In this document: positions 1-9,293 of the stretch, one piece after another
Position numbering within the stretch: the stretch's first letter is position 1
How the letters are laid out: each line of letters begins with the position of its first letter
NCBI GenBank assembly: GCA_963826115.1
Contig: CAWGVS010000010.1
Coordinates: 96,001 to 160,000, forward strand
Reading direction: 5' to 3'
Length of the DNA: 64,000 bases
Origin: an uncultured Candidatus Rokubacteria bacterium
GTDB taxonomy: Bacteria > Methylomirabilota > Methylomirabilia > Rokubacteriales > DASRDR01
The notes under the pieces: generated by a model
Told to the model about the DNA's origin: nothing
The model's database searches: none
The model's input: the letters and a program-made list of their open reading frames with translations, nothing else
Translations under genes and position numbers: made by a program

Positions 1-200
1 GTATCGGCCGGGCGGGGGCGGGCGCGCCCCGGGTCACGGCGCCCGGCGCGCTGGCGGCCCCGCCGCGCTTCCGGGCGGCGGGGGGCTTGGCCGGCGTCAC
101 GCGCTTGGCGGGCGTCGCGCGCTTGGCGGGTGCGGAGCGCGCCGGAGCGGGTCGGGACTGGCCGGCGCCCCCGCCCTTTGCCTTCCTCTTCACCGCGCCG

Positions 201-656
201 TCACCTCCCGCCCTTCGGCCGGGCCTTTGGAGCTTCGAGGATACCCTGAATCGCGCTCAGGAGCTGATCCGGCAGACACGGCTTCGTAATGACGAGGTCG
301 CAGCCCGCCTCGCGGGCCGCCTGGGCGTGCTCGGGCAGCGCGTGCCCCGTCAGCACGACCACCGGGATCTTCTTCGTCCGGGGGTCCCGCTTGAGCCGCC
401 GAGTGGCCTCCCAGCCGTCCATCACGGGAAGCGAGAGGTCCATGACGATGACGTCCGGCAAGAGGGTCTCCGCCTGCTCGAGCGCCTCCACCCCGTTCTC
501 GGCCTCGGCGACCCGGAACCCGGAGAACCTCAGGAACAGCACGTACACCGTGCGGTTGTCCTGGACGTCGTCCACGATGAGGACCAGCGGGCCCTTCTCG
601 GCCCCGCCCTGTGTGTCCCGGCTCGGCGCCGGGTCGGCCGGCTTGCGCGTCGTCAC
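201..656 (-). CDS. single-domain response regulator (CheY/DivK-like)
   Basis: VLIVDD...VIVMDLSLPVMDGWEATRRLK...VVVLTGH...ITKP receiver motifs; GTG start overlaps the kinase stop (GTGA at 656-653); GGGAG upstream. Confidence 0.9.
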   Translation of the reverse strand: MTTRKPADPAPSRDTQGGAEKGPLVLIVDDVQDNRTVYVLFLRFSGFRVAEAENGVEALEQAETLLPDVIVMDLSLPVMDGWEATRRLKRDPRTKKIPVVVLTGHALPEHAQAAREAGCDLVITKPCLPDQLLSAIQGILEAPKARPKGGR

Positions 657-2798
657 GACCGTTTGCTCCCCACGGGAAGGATCAGGGTGAAGGTCGAGCC
701 CTGGCGGATCTTGCTCTCCAGGGTAATCCGGCCGCCCAGCACCGCCGCGAGGCGGCGGCAGATGGCGAGCCCGAGGCCCGTGCCGCCGGCCTCTCGCGTC
801 GGCGCCGGGTCTGCCTGGGAGAAGGCCTCGAAGATCCGCGTCTGGTCCGTCTTGGCGATGCCGATGCCCGTGTCGGCGACGGCGACCGCGATCTCGTGCG
901 TGGCCCGGTGATGCACGCAGGACACGGTCACCGAGCCGTGCGGGGTGAACTTGAGGGCGTTGGTGAGCAGGTTCAGGATGATCTGCTTGACCTTCTGCCG
1001 GTCGCTTCGGATCAGCGGCAGCCGCGCCGGGACATCGGCCGACACGACCAGGTGGGACCGCGCGATCAGCGGCTCGACCTCGATCATGATCTCGTCGATC
1101 AGCTCGTTCAGCTTGATCGAGGTGATCCGGACCGGCATCTTGCCGGCCTCGATGCGCGAGATGTCCAGGATCTCGTTGATGAGGGTCAGGAGGTGCCGCG
1201 CGTTCGCGTCGACGCGCGCCAGGGACTCCCGCTGGGGGGCATCGAGCGGGCCCGAGACGCCGCGGAGGAGCAGGCTCGTGTAGCCGAGGATCGCGTTCAG
1301 CGGCGTCCGGACGTCGTGCGACACGTTCGCGAGGAACTGGGACTTCGCGCGGGACGCCTGCTCGAGCTCGATGGCCTGCCGCCGGAGGAGCTCGTTCTGG
1401 TGGACGAGGGCCGACGTGGCCTCCTGGACCCGCAGCTCCAGCTGGGCCGAGGCCAGCTTGAGCTGCTCGTAGAGCTGCTCGCGCTCGATGGCCTGCGTCT
1501 GGTCGTGGAGGATCGTGACGATGGCGGAGACCTCCGACGACTCCCCGTAGACGTTGCCCGGAGACCGCCTCCATCGGGATCGAGCGGCCGTTCTTGGGGT
1601 TGACCAGGTTCACGCCGCCCTGGTACTTCGACTCCCCGGTCTTGCCGAAGAGCAGGTTCGACACGAACGACGTGAAGTTCGCGTCGTTCGCCTGGACGCG
1701 CTGGGTCTCGGCCATGCCGGCCTTCTCCGGCGCGCTGAACAGCCGCTCCGCCGGCGCGTTCATCATCATGAGGTTGCCCGACGGGTCCGTCACCAGGATG
1801 GGATCGGCGACCGAGTCGATGACCAGGTCGAGCCGATCGCGCTCGGCGCGCACCTCCGCCTCGGCGGCCCGCAGCTTCTGGTAGTTGTCCTGGATCTCCT
1901 CGGTGGCGCGCCGCAGGTCGGACACGTTCCGCAGGATGGAGACGATGCCCATCCCCATCCGCGCGTCGCCGGCGGTGGTGCTGATCAGCTCGAACAGGAG
2001 GTCCGACCCCTCGGTCGGGTCGACGAGCACCAGCTCGCGCGGGGCCGGCGTCAGCTGCCCCAGCGCGCTCCGGCCGAGCGCGGAGGAGAACAGCATGTTA
2101 TTGATCGCGACCGCCCGCCGCCGGCCCTCGCTCTCGTCCTCGCGGGTCGCGAACAGCCGCTCGGCGTGTCCGTTCGCGATCATCATGCGCCCCTCGGTGT
2201 CGGTGAGCATGATCGGGTCGGTCACCCGGTCGATGATGCTCTGGAGCATCTCGCGGTCCCGCCGCAGCCGCCGGTCCGTTTCGAGGCTGCTCTGACGCAT
2301 CCGGGCGCGCACCAGGCGGTAGCCGAGGTACTCGGCCACCCACTCGAGCTCCTGACGGTTCGCGGTCGCCGGGCGGACCAGGAGGAGCCCGCCCGGCGTG
2401 CTCTCCTGAGCCTCCACGCCGTGGAGGGGCAGAGCGAGCGCCGGGCCCCGGCCGCGGAAGAAGCGGTCGGCGACATCGGCCGCCAGGACGGCGGGCCGGA
2501 CGGTCGAGAGGAGCCGGACCATCGGATCGTCGCGCGCGTCGAGGTCGATCGTGAGGTCGCGGAGCGGGGCGGCCGCGGTGCCGTGCCGCGCCAGGTGGAC
2601 GAGGCGCGTGCGCTCGGCGTCCAGCGCGAGGCACTGGCCCGCGTGCACACCGGCGTGCTCGGCGAGCCACTCCAGGCACCGCCCGGCCATCTCGACCGGG
2701 TCCTCGCACGCGAGCAGGAACTCGAGGAGGCCGAGCCGGACCTCGGAAGCCGGCTGCGACCACCGCGCCGCTCGCACGGACGCAGCGCCGCGGGCCAC
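653..2798 (-). CDS. PAS-PAS sensor histidine kinase, split by one frameshift near 1558
   Basis: Two PAS repeats (DPIMLTDTEGRMMIANGHAERLF; DPILVTDPSGNLMMMNAPAERLF). Removing one G in TCCGGGCAAC joins them to KSQFLANVSHDVRTPLNAI (HisKA) and the NLLTNALKFT/DTGIGI/GTGLGL HATPase boxes. Confidence 0.85.
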
Positions 2799-2801
2799 GC
2801 G

Positions 2802-3158
2802 CTAGGCCGGTTGGGACGTCCGGCGGCGAGGGCGCGCGCGCCCGGCCCGCGCCCTCCCAGCCCGCGCGCGCCCGGCGGGCTGGGCGGCGAGCTGGGCCCG
2901 GAGCGCGGCGTTCTCGGCGAGGACGGCTTCCTGGGACGCCACCGCCGCGGGCCGGGACACCGGCGAGACCTGCGCCATCGACTCGGAGTACTTGAGGTAG
3001 GTGTCGATCGAGGCCACGACGACCCGCGCCTCGACGGTGATGAGGTCGATGCCTACCAGAGACACGCGCACCCAGGCGTCGATCACGATGCCCTTGTCGA
3101 GGACGCGGTCGAGGACGTCGATGAGGCTGGTGCCGCCCGTGGTGCGCTCAATGGCCAT
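2802..3158 (-). CDS. gvpA: gas vesicle structural protein GvpA with Arg/Ala-rich C-terminal extension
   Basis: [47 protein letters not shown] is the GvpA signature. Confidence 0.92.
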   Translation of the reverse strand: MAIERTTGGTSLIDVLDRVLDKGIVIDAWVRVSLVGIDLITVEARVVVASIDTYLKYSESMAQVSPVSRPAAVASQEAVLAENAALRAQLAAQPAGRARAGRARAGRARPRRRTSQPA

Positions 3159-3161
3159 CGC

Positions 3162-3551
3162 TTATCCTCCCGTGGAGGCCGTGGTGCTCGCGCGCCGGCG
3201 CGAAGTCCGGCGGCGGGCTGGGGCTCGCCGGGCGGCAAGCGCCGCGATCCGACGTTCGAGAAGCTTCACCTGGCGCCGCAAGGCCTCCGTCTCGAGCGAC
3301 CCGGCGCGCGTCCCGAGCGCCAGGTTCCGGTCGTACTTCCACCAGTCCAGCCCGATCTCCTGGGCCTTGTCGATCGAGCACACGATCAGGCGGATGCGGA
3401 TGGTGAGGAGCTCGACCTCGGCGAGCGAGATCCGGATGTCGCCGGCGATCAGGAGACCCTTGTCGAGGACGCGGTCCAGCAGGTCGACGAGACCGGTGCC
3501 TCGCTGACCGCCCGCCGTCAGATCGGTTCGCACGGTCCGCTCCGATCCCAT
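3162..3551 (-). CDS. gvpJ: gas vesicle protein GvpJ (GvpA family)
   Basis: [51 protein letters not shown]. Confidence 0.82.
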   Translation of the reverse strand: MGSERTVRTDLTAGGQRGTGLVDLLDRVLDKGLLIAGDIRISLAEVELLTIRIRLIVCSIDKAQEIGLDWWKYDRNLALGTRAGSLETEALRRQVKLLERRIAALAARRAPARRRTSRRRASTTASTGG

Positions 3552-3758
3552 TCACGCGTGAGACGCCCGGGTCCGCGACCCCGTTGGCGCGCAGCGACGC
3601 GAAGCGTGCGCGGCCTGGAGCCGGGAAAACGACCGCCGCTCGAGTCGAGCCAGGATAGTCGAGCCGCTGGGGTCCCGCAAGGCCGGCCCGGCCGCCGACA
3701 GATCCGTGCGATTCCGCTGGGCCTCGATCAACGGCGCCCTCACATCCGGCAGGTCCAT
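3552..3758 (-). CDS. putative 68-aa hypothetical protein leading the gvp operon
   Basis: GGAGG upstream of ATG, lies downstream of the sigma-54 promoter, stop abuts the gvpJ ATG (TGAATG); no recognisable family. Confidence 0.4.
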   Translation of the reverse strand: MDLPDVRAPLIEAQRNRTDLSAAGPALRDPSGSTILARLERRSFSRLQAAHASRRCAPTGSRTRASHA

Positions 3759-3811
3759 CGCTCGGCCACCTCCCAGCGGATTCGAGTTGCGCTGCTGGTC
3801 GGGCGCAGTCG

Positions 3812-3827
3812 TGCAAGCGGTGTGCCC
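3812..3827 (-). promoter_or_regulatory. sigma-54 promoter of gvp operon
   Basis: GGGCACACCGCTTGCA (GG-N10-GC). Confidence 0.75.
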
Positions 3828-4052
3828 CGAGTTCGCGCGGCGCGCTCGACGAGCTGCGCGCGAGCGGCCTCGAGAGGTGCGAGCCCGAGGTGCGAGCGCG
3901 TGAGCTCGACGGACCGGCCTTCGAAGTCCAAGTTTGACGGGCGTTGCGCGGGGTTCCCCGCGCAACGCCCAGGCCGCGGAGCGCTTGGAGGGCTGCGCCC
4001 CGAAGGGGGTCACCGCGGGCTCCCGTCGGCGCGGCGAGCGTCTCCGCCATGG

Positions 4053-4084
4053 CGACAGGATGTCGCCGAGACGACGCACTGTCG
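4053..4084. promoter_or_regulatory. tandem palindromic enhancer (bEBP UAS) pair
   Basis: CGACAGGATGTCG (4053) and CGACGCACTGTCG (4072), 19 bp apart. Confidence 0.75.
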
Positions 4085-4122
4085 TCCTCCGCGCCTTACC
4101 GTCCGATCTGAGGGCCTCGCCC

Positions 4123-5667
4123 TTACCGATCCGGAGGCGGATGCTTGATGAAGCTTCCGGTGAACGCCACGGAGTTCGGGAAGACGAGGGTCCGGCCGGT
4201 GGGCCCGAGCGGGTCGCCGGCGAGCTCCTGGAGCCGGGTGCGCACGAGCCCGATCTCGATCACCTCGCCGTGGAGGTACCCGAACGGCCCCTGGAGGCTG
4301 ACCCGGTCCCCGATGCGGATCCCGTTCGGCGCCACCATCGAGAAGTAGCCCGCCACGGCGAGGATCACGTTCTGGAGCGCGAAGGCGATCCCGGCGGCGG
4401 CGAATCCGAGCGCGGCAACGAGCGCCGTCAGCTCGCTCGCGAAGTGGAACACGAGCACCAGGGCGACCGCGGTCACGACGACGACGTGGCGCGCGGTCAG
4501 GACGAGCCGCCGATGGTAGCCGTTCTTGATGTAGCGGACGGCGGCGATCCGCCAGATCACCGAGCCCACCAGGATCCCGCCCAGCGCGATCGCGACGCCC
4601 ACCAGCTCGATGCCGAAGCCGCGGAGCACGTGTCCGATCTCGCGGTCGAGAGCATGCGCCCAGGCTTCCAGGTCGGCCGCGTAGCGCTGCAGGACCACGT
4701 ACTCCTCGCGGAGCGGCAGCACGACGGCCCCGGTCAGCTTGACGCGCCCGAGCAGGTCACGGAACTCCTGCTGTCCGGTGTCCAGCGCGATCCCGTCCGC
4801 GGCGGGGTCCTTGGCCAGCTGGCGGAGGCGCGTGACCATCGGGCGCACCGACTGCTGCGTCGTCCGGATGTCGGCGCCGACGGCCCGGGTCAGCTCGGCC
4901 GTCTGGCGCGTCAGCTCCTTGAGGGCGCCTCGGCTGCGTTGAAGGGCCAGGAGCCGGTACACGAGCATCCGGGGCCCGGCCGGCGGCATCCCTCGCCCCG
5001 CGGTCGTGACGACGGTCGACGGGCCAGCCGCCGGGGCGATCCCCGGCACGCTGTCCTGGAGCGCCTGGATGTCGTCCGTCAGGTCGGCGTCGTCTCCGGG
5101 GAGCGACGCGTCCACCTGGACGAGCTTGGTGACGAACTCGAGCTGGACCCGCCCGAACTCGAGCCGGTTGCTCGCGGCGGCGAGCTCCCGCTCGAGCCCC
5201 GGCCGTGTCGCGGGGGGCGCCGTGCGAAGGCGCGCCCGGAGGCGGGCGACCTCCTCCTCGTCGCGCGCGATGGCTGCCCGGATCTGGGCCTGCCGGTCCG
5301 CGCGGGCGCGCTGGCGGGACGTGGCGGCGCCGTTGGTCGAGCCGTCCTCCGTGACGATCTTGGCCTGCGCCCGCGCGGCGTCGAACGCCCGCAGGACCAC
5401 CCGCTGCGCCGTCTGCTGCTCGCCCCGGTCGAGGTCGGAGTCGAGCACGCCCCGGACGGACTGCATCGCGACGCGAGCGCCCTGGTACCAGGCGAGCGTC
5501 CGCTGGAGCGAGGCCTTGACGTCCTCCGTCGTCACCTCCGCCGCGGCTGTGGGGGCCGGCGGGTCGGCGCGGAGCGGGCGCCCGAGCACGCCCGTCTCCA
5601 GGAGCGCCAAGGTGGTGAGCGCGAGGCCGAGCGCGCGCGCCGAGCGACGTCGCGGAGTCGTGGTCAC
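4123..5667 (-). CDS. MscS-family mechanosensitive channel with long periplasmic coiled-coil N-terminus
   Basis: LGFAAAGIAFALQNVILAVAGYF...IRIGDRV...GEVIEIGLVRTRL...FPNS; signal-like N-terminus; start GTG 5667 inferred from the promoter position. Confidence 0.85.
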   Translation of the reverse strand: MTTTPRRRSARALGLALTTLALLETGVLGRPLRADPPAPTAAAEVTTEDVKASLQRTLAWYQGARVAMQSVRGVLDSDLDRGEQQTAQRVVLRAFDAARAQAKIVTEDGSTNGAATSRQRARADRQAQIRAAIARDEEEVARLRARLRTAPPATRPGLERELAAASNRLEFGRVQLEFVTKLVQVDASLPGDDADLTDDIQALQDSVPGIAPAAGPSTVVTTAGRGMPPAGPRMLVYRLLALQRSRGALKELTRQTAELTRAVGADIRTTQQSVRPMVTRLRQLAKDPAADGIALDTGQQEFRDLLGRVKLTGAVVLPLREEYVVLQRYAADLEAWAHALDREIGHVLRGFGIELVGVAIALGGILVGSVIWRIAAVRYIKNGYHRRLVLTARHVVVVTAVALVLVFHFASELTALVAALGFAAAGIAFALQNVILAVAGYFSMVAPNGIRIGDRVSLQGPFGYLHGEVIEIGLVRTRLQELAGDPLGPTGRTLVFPNSVAFTGSFIKHPPPDR

Positions 5668-5680
5668 GCGAGACTTCGGG

Positions 5681-5696
5681 TGCAAGGCGATTGCCA
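5681..5696 (-). promoter_or_regulatory. sigma-54 promoter of mscS-like gene
   Basis: TGGCAATCGCCTTGCA. Confidence 0.75.
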
Positions 5697-5719
5697 CGAC
5701 GTCTGGCGCGGACCACGTG

Positions 5720-5751
5720 AGAACGCTTGTCGCTCGCGCGACACCGTGTCG
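5720..5751. promoter_or_regulatory. tandem UAS pair between divergent promoters
   Basis: AGAACGCTTGTCG (5720) and perfect CGACACCGTGTCG (5739). Confidence 0.65.
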
Positions 5752-5782
5752 GGCCGCGCTACCGAGACGGTCCGCGCCGCCG

Positions 5783-5798
5783 GGGCATGCGGCTTGCT
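5783..5798 (+). promoter_or_regulatory. sigma-54 promoter of pafA
   Basis: GGGCATGCGGCTTGCT. Confidence 0.75.
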
Positions 5799-5812
5799 TC
5801 GTCGAGCTCGGG

Positions 5813-7165
5813 ATGAAGCGCCGCATCTTCGGCCTGGAGAACGAGTATGGCGTGACCTGCACGGCGGGCGGCCAGATGCTCCTCAGCGCCGACGTGCTCG
5901 CCCGCTACCTGTTCGAGGAGCTCCTCCCGTTCGCCATCACGCCGAACGTGTTCCAGGAGAACGGGGCGCGACTGTACGTCGACACCGGGTTCCATCCCGA
6001 GTACGCGACGCCCGAATGCGACGACCTGCTCGACCTGGTGGCGTACGACCGCGCGGGGGAGCGGATCCTTCAGGACCTGGTGCGGCGCGCGCAGCGGGCG
6101 CTGCCCGAGCGCGGGGTCCGCGGCCGCATCCAGGTGTTCAAGAACAACACGGACTCCGCCGGGAACTCCTACGGGTGCCACGAGAACTACCTCGTCTCGC
6201 GAGACACGCCCTTCGCGGCACTGGTGGAAGCGCTCATTCCGTTTCTCGTGAGCCGCCAGATCTTCGCGGGCGCCGGCAAGGTCTACCGGGGGCCGAACGG
6301 CGCCGAGTACCACCTGAGCCAGCGCGCCCAGCACATCGCGGACGAGCTGTCCGGGTCCACGGTCTCCGGGCGACCGATCATCAACACGCGCGACGAGCCG
6401 CACGCGGACGCTCAGCGCTTCCGTCGGCTGCACGTGATCGTCGGCGACTCGAACATGTCGGAGGTGGCCACCTACCTGAAGGTCGGCACGACCGCGCTCG
6501 TGCTGGACATGATCGAGGACGGGTTCCTGGAGTGTGATCTCCGGCTGGAGTCCCCCGTCGCAGCCCTGCGGGCGATCTCCGGCGATCCCACGCTGCGTGG
6601 GCGAGTGCGCCTTCGGGACGGCCGGGCCCTCAGCGCGTTGGAGCTCCAGCTGACCTATCTCGAGGCGAGCCAGGCGTACGTCCGGCGCGCGGGGTCGGAC
6701 CCGCGCGCGGAGGCGGTCCTCACGCGGTGGGCGGACGTGCTCGCGCGACTCGGCCGCGACCCGATGAGCGCGCACGGCCAGGTGGACTGGGTGGCCAAGA
6801 AGCGCCTCATCGACCGCTACCGGGAGAAGCACGGCTGCGCGCCGGAGGACCCCCGCCTGGCCTTGCTCGACCTCCAGTATCACGACGTCGACGAGGACCG
6901 CAGCCTCCACTATCTCCTCGCCCGCCGGAACGAGATCGAGCGGCTGGTCGCGGACGACCGCGTCGAGCGCGCGAAGCGCCGTCCTCCGCAGACGACGCGG
7001 GCGCGCCTCCGCGGCGACTTCATCCGCCGCGCCAACCTCCGGGGGTGGGAGTACCAGGTGGACTGGGCCTACGTGCGGACGATCGTCGGGGCGGACAGCC
7101 ACACGGTCGTCTGCCAGGATCCCTTCGTGGCCCACGACGAGCGCGTGGAGCGGCTGGTCGCCTGA
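5813..7165 (+). CDS. pafA: Pup--protein ligase PafA
   Basis: MKRRIFGLENEYG, NGARLYVDTGFHPEYATPEC, KNNTDSAGNSYGCHENYL (PafA-type; Dop has GKG here), RPIINTRDEPHAD, RRLHVIVGDSNMSE, PPQTTRARLRG, DPF. Confidence 0.92.
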   Translation: MKRRIFGLENEYGVTCTAGGQMLLSADVLARYLFEELLPFAITPNVFQENGARLYVDTGFHPEYATPECDDLLDLVAYDRAGERILQDLVRRAQRALPERGVRGRIQVFKNNTDSAGNSYGCHENYLVSRDTPFAALVEALIPFLVSRQIFAGAGKVYRGPNGAEYHLSQRAQHIADELSGSTVSGRPIINTRDEPHADAQRFRRLHVIVGDSNMSEVATYLKVGTTALVLDMIEDGFLECDLRLESPVAALRAISGDPTLRGRVRLRDGRALSALELQLTYLEASQAYVRRAGSDPRAEAVLTRWADVLARLGRDPMSAHGQVDWVAKKRLIDRYREKHGCAPEDPRLALLDLQYHDVDEDRSLHYLLARRNEIERLVADDRVERAKRRPPQTTRARLRGDFIRRANLRGWEYQVDWAYVRTIVGADSHTVVCQDPFVAHDERVERLVA

Positions 7166-7181
7166 TCCGGCCTCGGGCCTG

Positions 7182-7349
7182 TCAGTTCGGGCAGTTCACG
7201 ACCGCCCACACCGCCGGCTCACCGTCGGGCCAGGTCAGGACCGGGCAGACGACGACCTGCACGTTCTGGAGGCGCTCCACCAGCGCCCCGCCGGCGAAGA
7301 TCTGCTCCATCATCACGCTGATCAGGGTGGCCAGGTCCCGCTGATCCAT
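7182..7349 (-). CDS. 55-aa hypothetical small protein (absent from ORF track)
   Basis: GGAG RBS 7 nt before ATG; MDQRDLATLISVMMEQIFAGGALVERLQNVQVVVCPVLTWPDGEPAVWAVVNCPN; strong GC3 codon bias. Confidence 0.7.
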   Translation of the reverse strand: MDQRDLATLISVMMEQIFAGGALVERLQNVQVVVCPVLTWPDGEPAVWAVVNCPN

Positions 7350-7395
7350 GCGTCATCTCCTCGTCTCGGGCGCGACCCCCCGGCCCCGCGCACCG

Positions 7396-7427
7396 AGACA
7401 CGGCGTCGCCGGGGCGCCAGCGTGGCG
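7396..7427. promoter_or_regulatory. tandem UAS pair
   Basis: AGACACGGCGTCG (7396) and CGCCAGCGTGGCG (7415). Confidence 0.6.
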
Positions 7428-7445
7428 TGCGCGGCTGACGGCCGC

Positions 7446-8186
7446 TCAGGCGTCGCCGCGCCACGCGCGACCGCGCTCATAGCCCGCGCGGAACGCGGAC
7501 TCCTCTGACGCCGGCCCGTGACGATCGCGGAGCCGCGCGCGCGCCTCGTCGTACGGTGTCGCCTCCGCGCCGAGGCGCGCGGCGGCGTCGAATCCCTGGC
7601 GGTAGAGTGGCTCGTCCTTCTGAAAGTTGCCGCCCTGACGCGTGTACTCGACCTCCTCGGCGTTGCGGAGGCCGATCCACCACTCGTCTCGCGCGGCGTC
7701 CACGCTCTCGGCCCCGCACGACCGGAGGAGCTCGCGCACGCGGGCGGCCTCGGCCTCGTGGTCGGTCGTCACGACCACGAGGCTGCGCCCCTTGCGGAGC
7801 GCGTCCCGGTAGACGTAGAGCTCGTCGGTCGGGAGCCCCTTGGACAGGGCCTCGTCGAGCTTCGATCCGACCGCGCCACCGGTCATCGCGCCGACGAGCC
7901 CGAGGACGACCGCACCGGCCAGGAGGACGGGGCCGACGCCCGGCAGCACCAGCGACGCGGCCGCGAGGCCACCGGCGGTGCCGGCGGCGCCGCCGACCAC
8001 ACCGCCGATCGTCCCGCCGATGCCCGGCGCCTCGGCGTCGGTCGTCGGCACCGCGCGGACCGCGCGCTCCGGCTCCGCGGGCGCGAGCAGGCTCACGTGA
8101 CGGTCGGGGATTCCGATCTGGCGAAGGGCCTCGACGATGCGCTGCGCGTCCGACTGCCGGGATACCACGCCGACGACCGCCTGCAT
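7446..8186 (-). CDS. general stress protein (17M/YflT-like with glycine-zipper membrane segment)
   Basis: MQAVVGVVSRQSDAQRIVEALRQIGIP...GGVVGGAAG...LPGVGPVLLAG...GLPTDELYVYRDALRKGRSLVVV; GAGGAGGAG RBS. Confidence 0.75.
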   Translation of the reverse strand: MQAVVGVVSRQSDAQRIVEALRQIGIPDRHVSLLAPAEPERAVRAVPTTDAEAPGIGGTIGGVVGGAAGTAGGLAAASLVLPGVGPVLLAGAVVLGLVGAMTGGAVGSKLDEALSKGLPTDELYVYRDALRKGRSLVVVTTDHEAEAARVRELLRSCGAESVDAARDEWWIGLRNAEEVEYTRQGGNFQKDEPLYRQGFDAAARLGAEATPYDEARARLRDRHGPASEESAFRAGYERGRAWRGDA

Positions 8187-8230
8187 GAGACTCCTCCTCT
8201 CGGGGTCCTTCGAGCCCCTGACGACGATCG

Positions 8231-8246
8231 AGCAAGAGGGGTGCCA
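8231..8246 (-). promoter_or_regulatory. sigma-54 promoter
   Basis: TGGCACCCCTCTTGCT. Confidence 0.85.
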
Positions 8247-8280
8247 CCGGCCGGCATCGGGGTTGCACCGTGTGTGAGGC

Positions 8281-8721
8281 GTGAGACGCGCGCAGCTGGG
8301 CCGTCGGAGTGCGGGCGGTGCGGGCGTGCGGTGGCGGGCCGGGCGGGCCCGGGGCGACCGCGAGTGGCGCCGCGCCGTGCGGCCGGCGTCGTCGCCCCTC
8401 CGGGACGTCCGGCTCGTCCGGAGCGTCATCGGGCTCCTGGCGCTCTTGCTGGGGGCCTACTGTCTGCTCGCGGCCGCGACGGCGCTCTACGCCGACACGG
8501 CGTCCGGCCACCCGAATCCGGCGGAGCTGGCGGCCCGCGAGCGCTACCGGTGGCCCGGGTGGATCCCGATCGGGTTCCTCGCCCTCGTCGTGATCTACGT
8601 GGGGGCCGTCGCCGCGCGGCGGGTTGCCGGGCGGCCACGGCCCGGGCCGCCCTCCACCCAGGACCCCCCGCCGGTCACGCCGTCCGGGCGCGCCCGGCCC
8701 CGCGACCCCGCGTCGCGCTGA
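8281..8721 (+). CDS. hypothetical two-TM membrane protein (true start probably further downstream)
   Basis: Two hydrophobic segments, VIGLLALLLGAYCLLAAATAL and WIPIGFLALVVIYVGAVAA. Confidence 0.5.
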   Translation: MRRAQLGRRSAGGAGVRWRAGRARGDREWRRAVRPASSPLRDVRLVRSVIGLLALLLGAYCLLAAATALYADTASGHPNPAELAARERYRWPGWIPIGFLALVVIYVGAVAARRVAGRPRPGPPSTQDPPPVTPSGRARPRDPASR

Positions 8722-8748
8722 GCGCCTCCGGCGCGGGACGTCCGCGCG

Positions 8749-9276
8749 TCAGGCGCGGTCCGCGGCCGCGAGACCCGAGCGCCTCCGCAGCAGCACCAGC
8801 GCGACGACGAAGGCGAGGACCATGACCGTGAGGAGCCCGAGCTCCAGCATGGCGTGGAGGAACACCGTGCCGCCCTCCTGGGCGAGCTTGGCGAACTCCG
8901 CGGTGACCACGAGGATCCGCCGCGTCGCCGCGATGAGACCGACGATGAGGAATGGCTCGGGCACGAGCGTGTGCTCCCGGAAGGAGACCTGCACCGTGTA
9001 GAGGAGCTCCACGAGCATCACCACGAGCAGGACCCGGTCGAGGAGGTCGATGATCGGGCCCGGCATCGCGCCGCCGAGCAGCTGGCGTCCGAACGCCACC
9101 GTCCCGTCGACGAGGAGCGCCAGGGCGCCGGCGGCGAGCAGGAGCCCGAGCCCGACGTAGACGACGTCCTCGACGCGCGTGAAGCTCTGGGCGATCCGCT
9201 CGCGCACGGCCGGCGGGATGCCGCCGGGCGCCGGCGCGCCGGCGGCGACCCGCGGGCTCTTGTCGTGTGTCGCCAC
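8749..9276 (-). CDS. phosphate-starvation-inducible PsiE family membrane protein
   Basis: LLDRVLLVVMLVELLYTVQVSFREHTLVPEPFLIVGLIAATRRILV. Confidence 0.8.
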   Translation of the reverse strand: MATHDKSPRVAAGAPAPGGIPPAVRERIAQSFTRVEDVVYVGLGLLLAAGALALLVDGTVAFGRQLLGGAMPGPIIDLLDRVLLVVMLVELLYTVQVSFREHTLVPEPFLIVGLIAATRRILVVTAEFAKLAQEGGTVFLHAMLELGLLTVMVLAFVVALVLLRRRSGLAAADRA

Positions 9277-9293
9277 CGGGGAGAGCGCCGACG

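Noticed and set aside
80-135. Short imperfect tandem repeats (CCCGCCAAGCGCG on the minus strand; PAKR-like)
   Set aside because: Probably the low-complexity N-terminus of the next gene, but the frame cannot be fixed at the window edge
1550-1565. Programmed frameshifting in the kinase or other split genes
   Set aside because: No slippery heptamer or stimulatory structure seen, and similar indels are scattered through unrelated genes
201-2798. Apparent 865-aa PAS-receiver hybrid protein
   Set aside because: Produced by a +1 indel near 1558; the proper reading is a kinase (653..2798) plus a separate receiver (201..656)
3162-3170. GvpJ ends in GG, and the 23051 ORF ends in KGQ, as possible Pup/ubiquitin-like modifiers for PafA
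   Set aside because: Pup/UBact need a terminal GG[E/Q] and a conserved acidic helix; neither ORF has them
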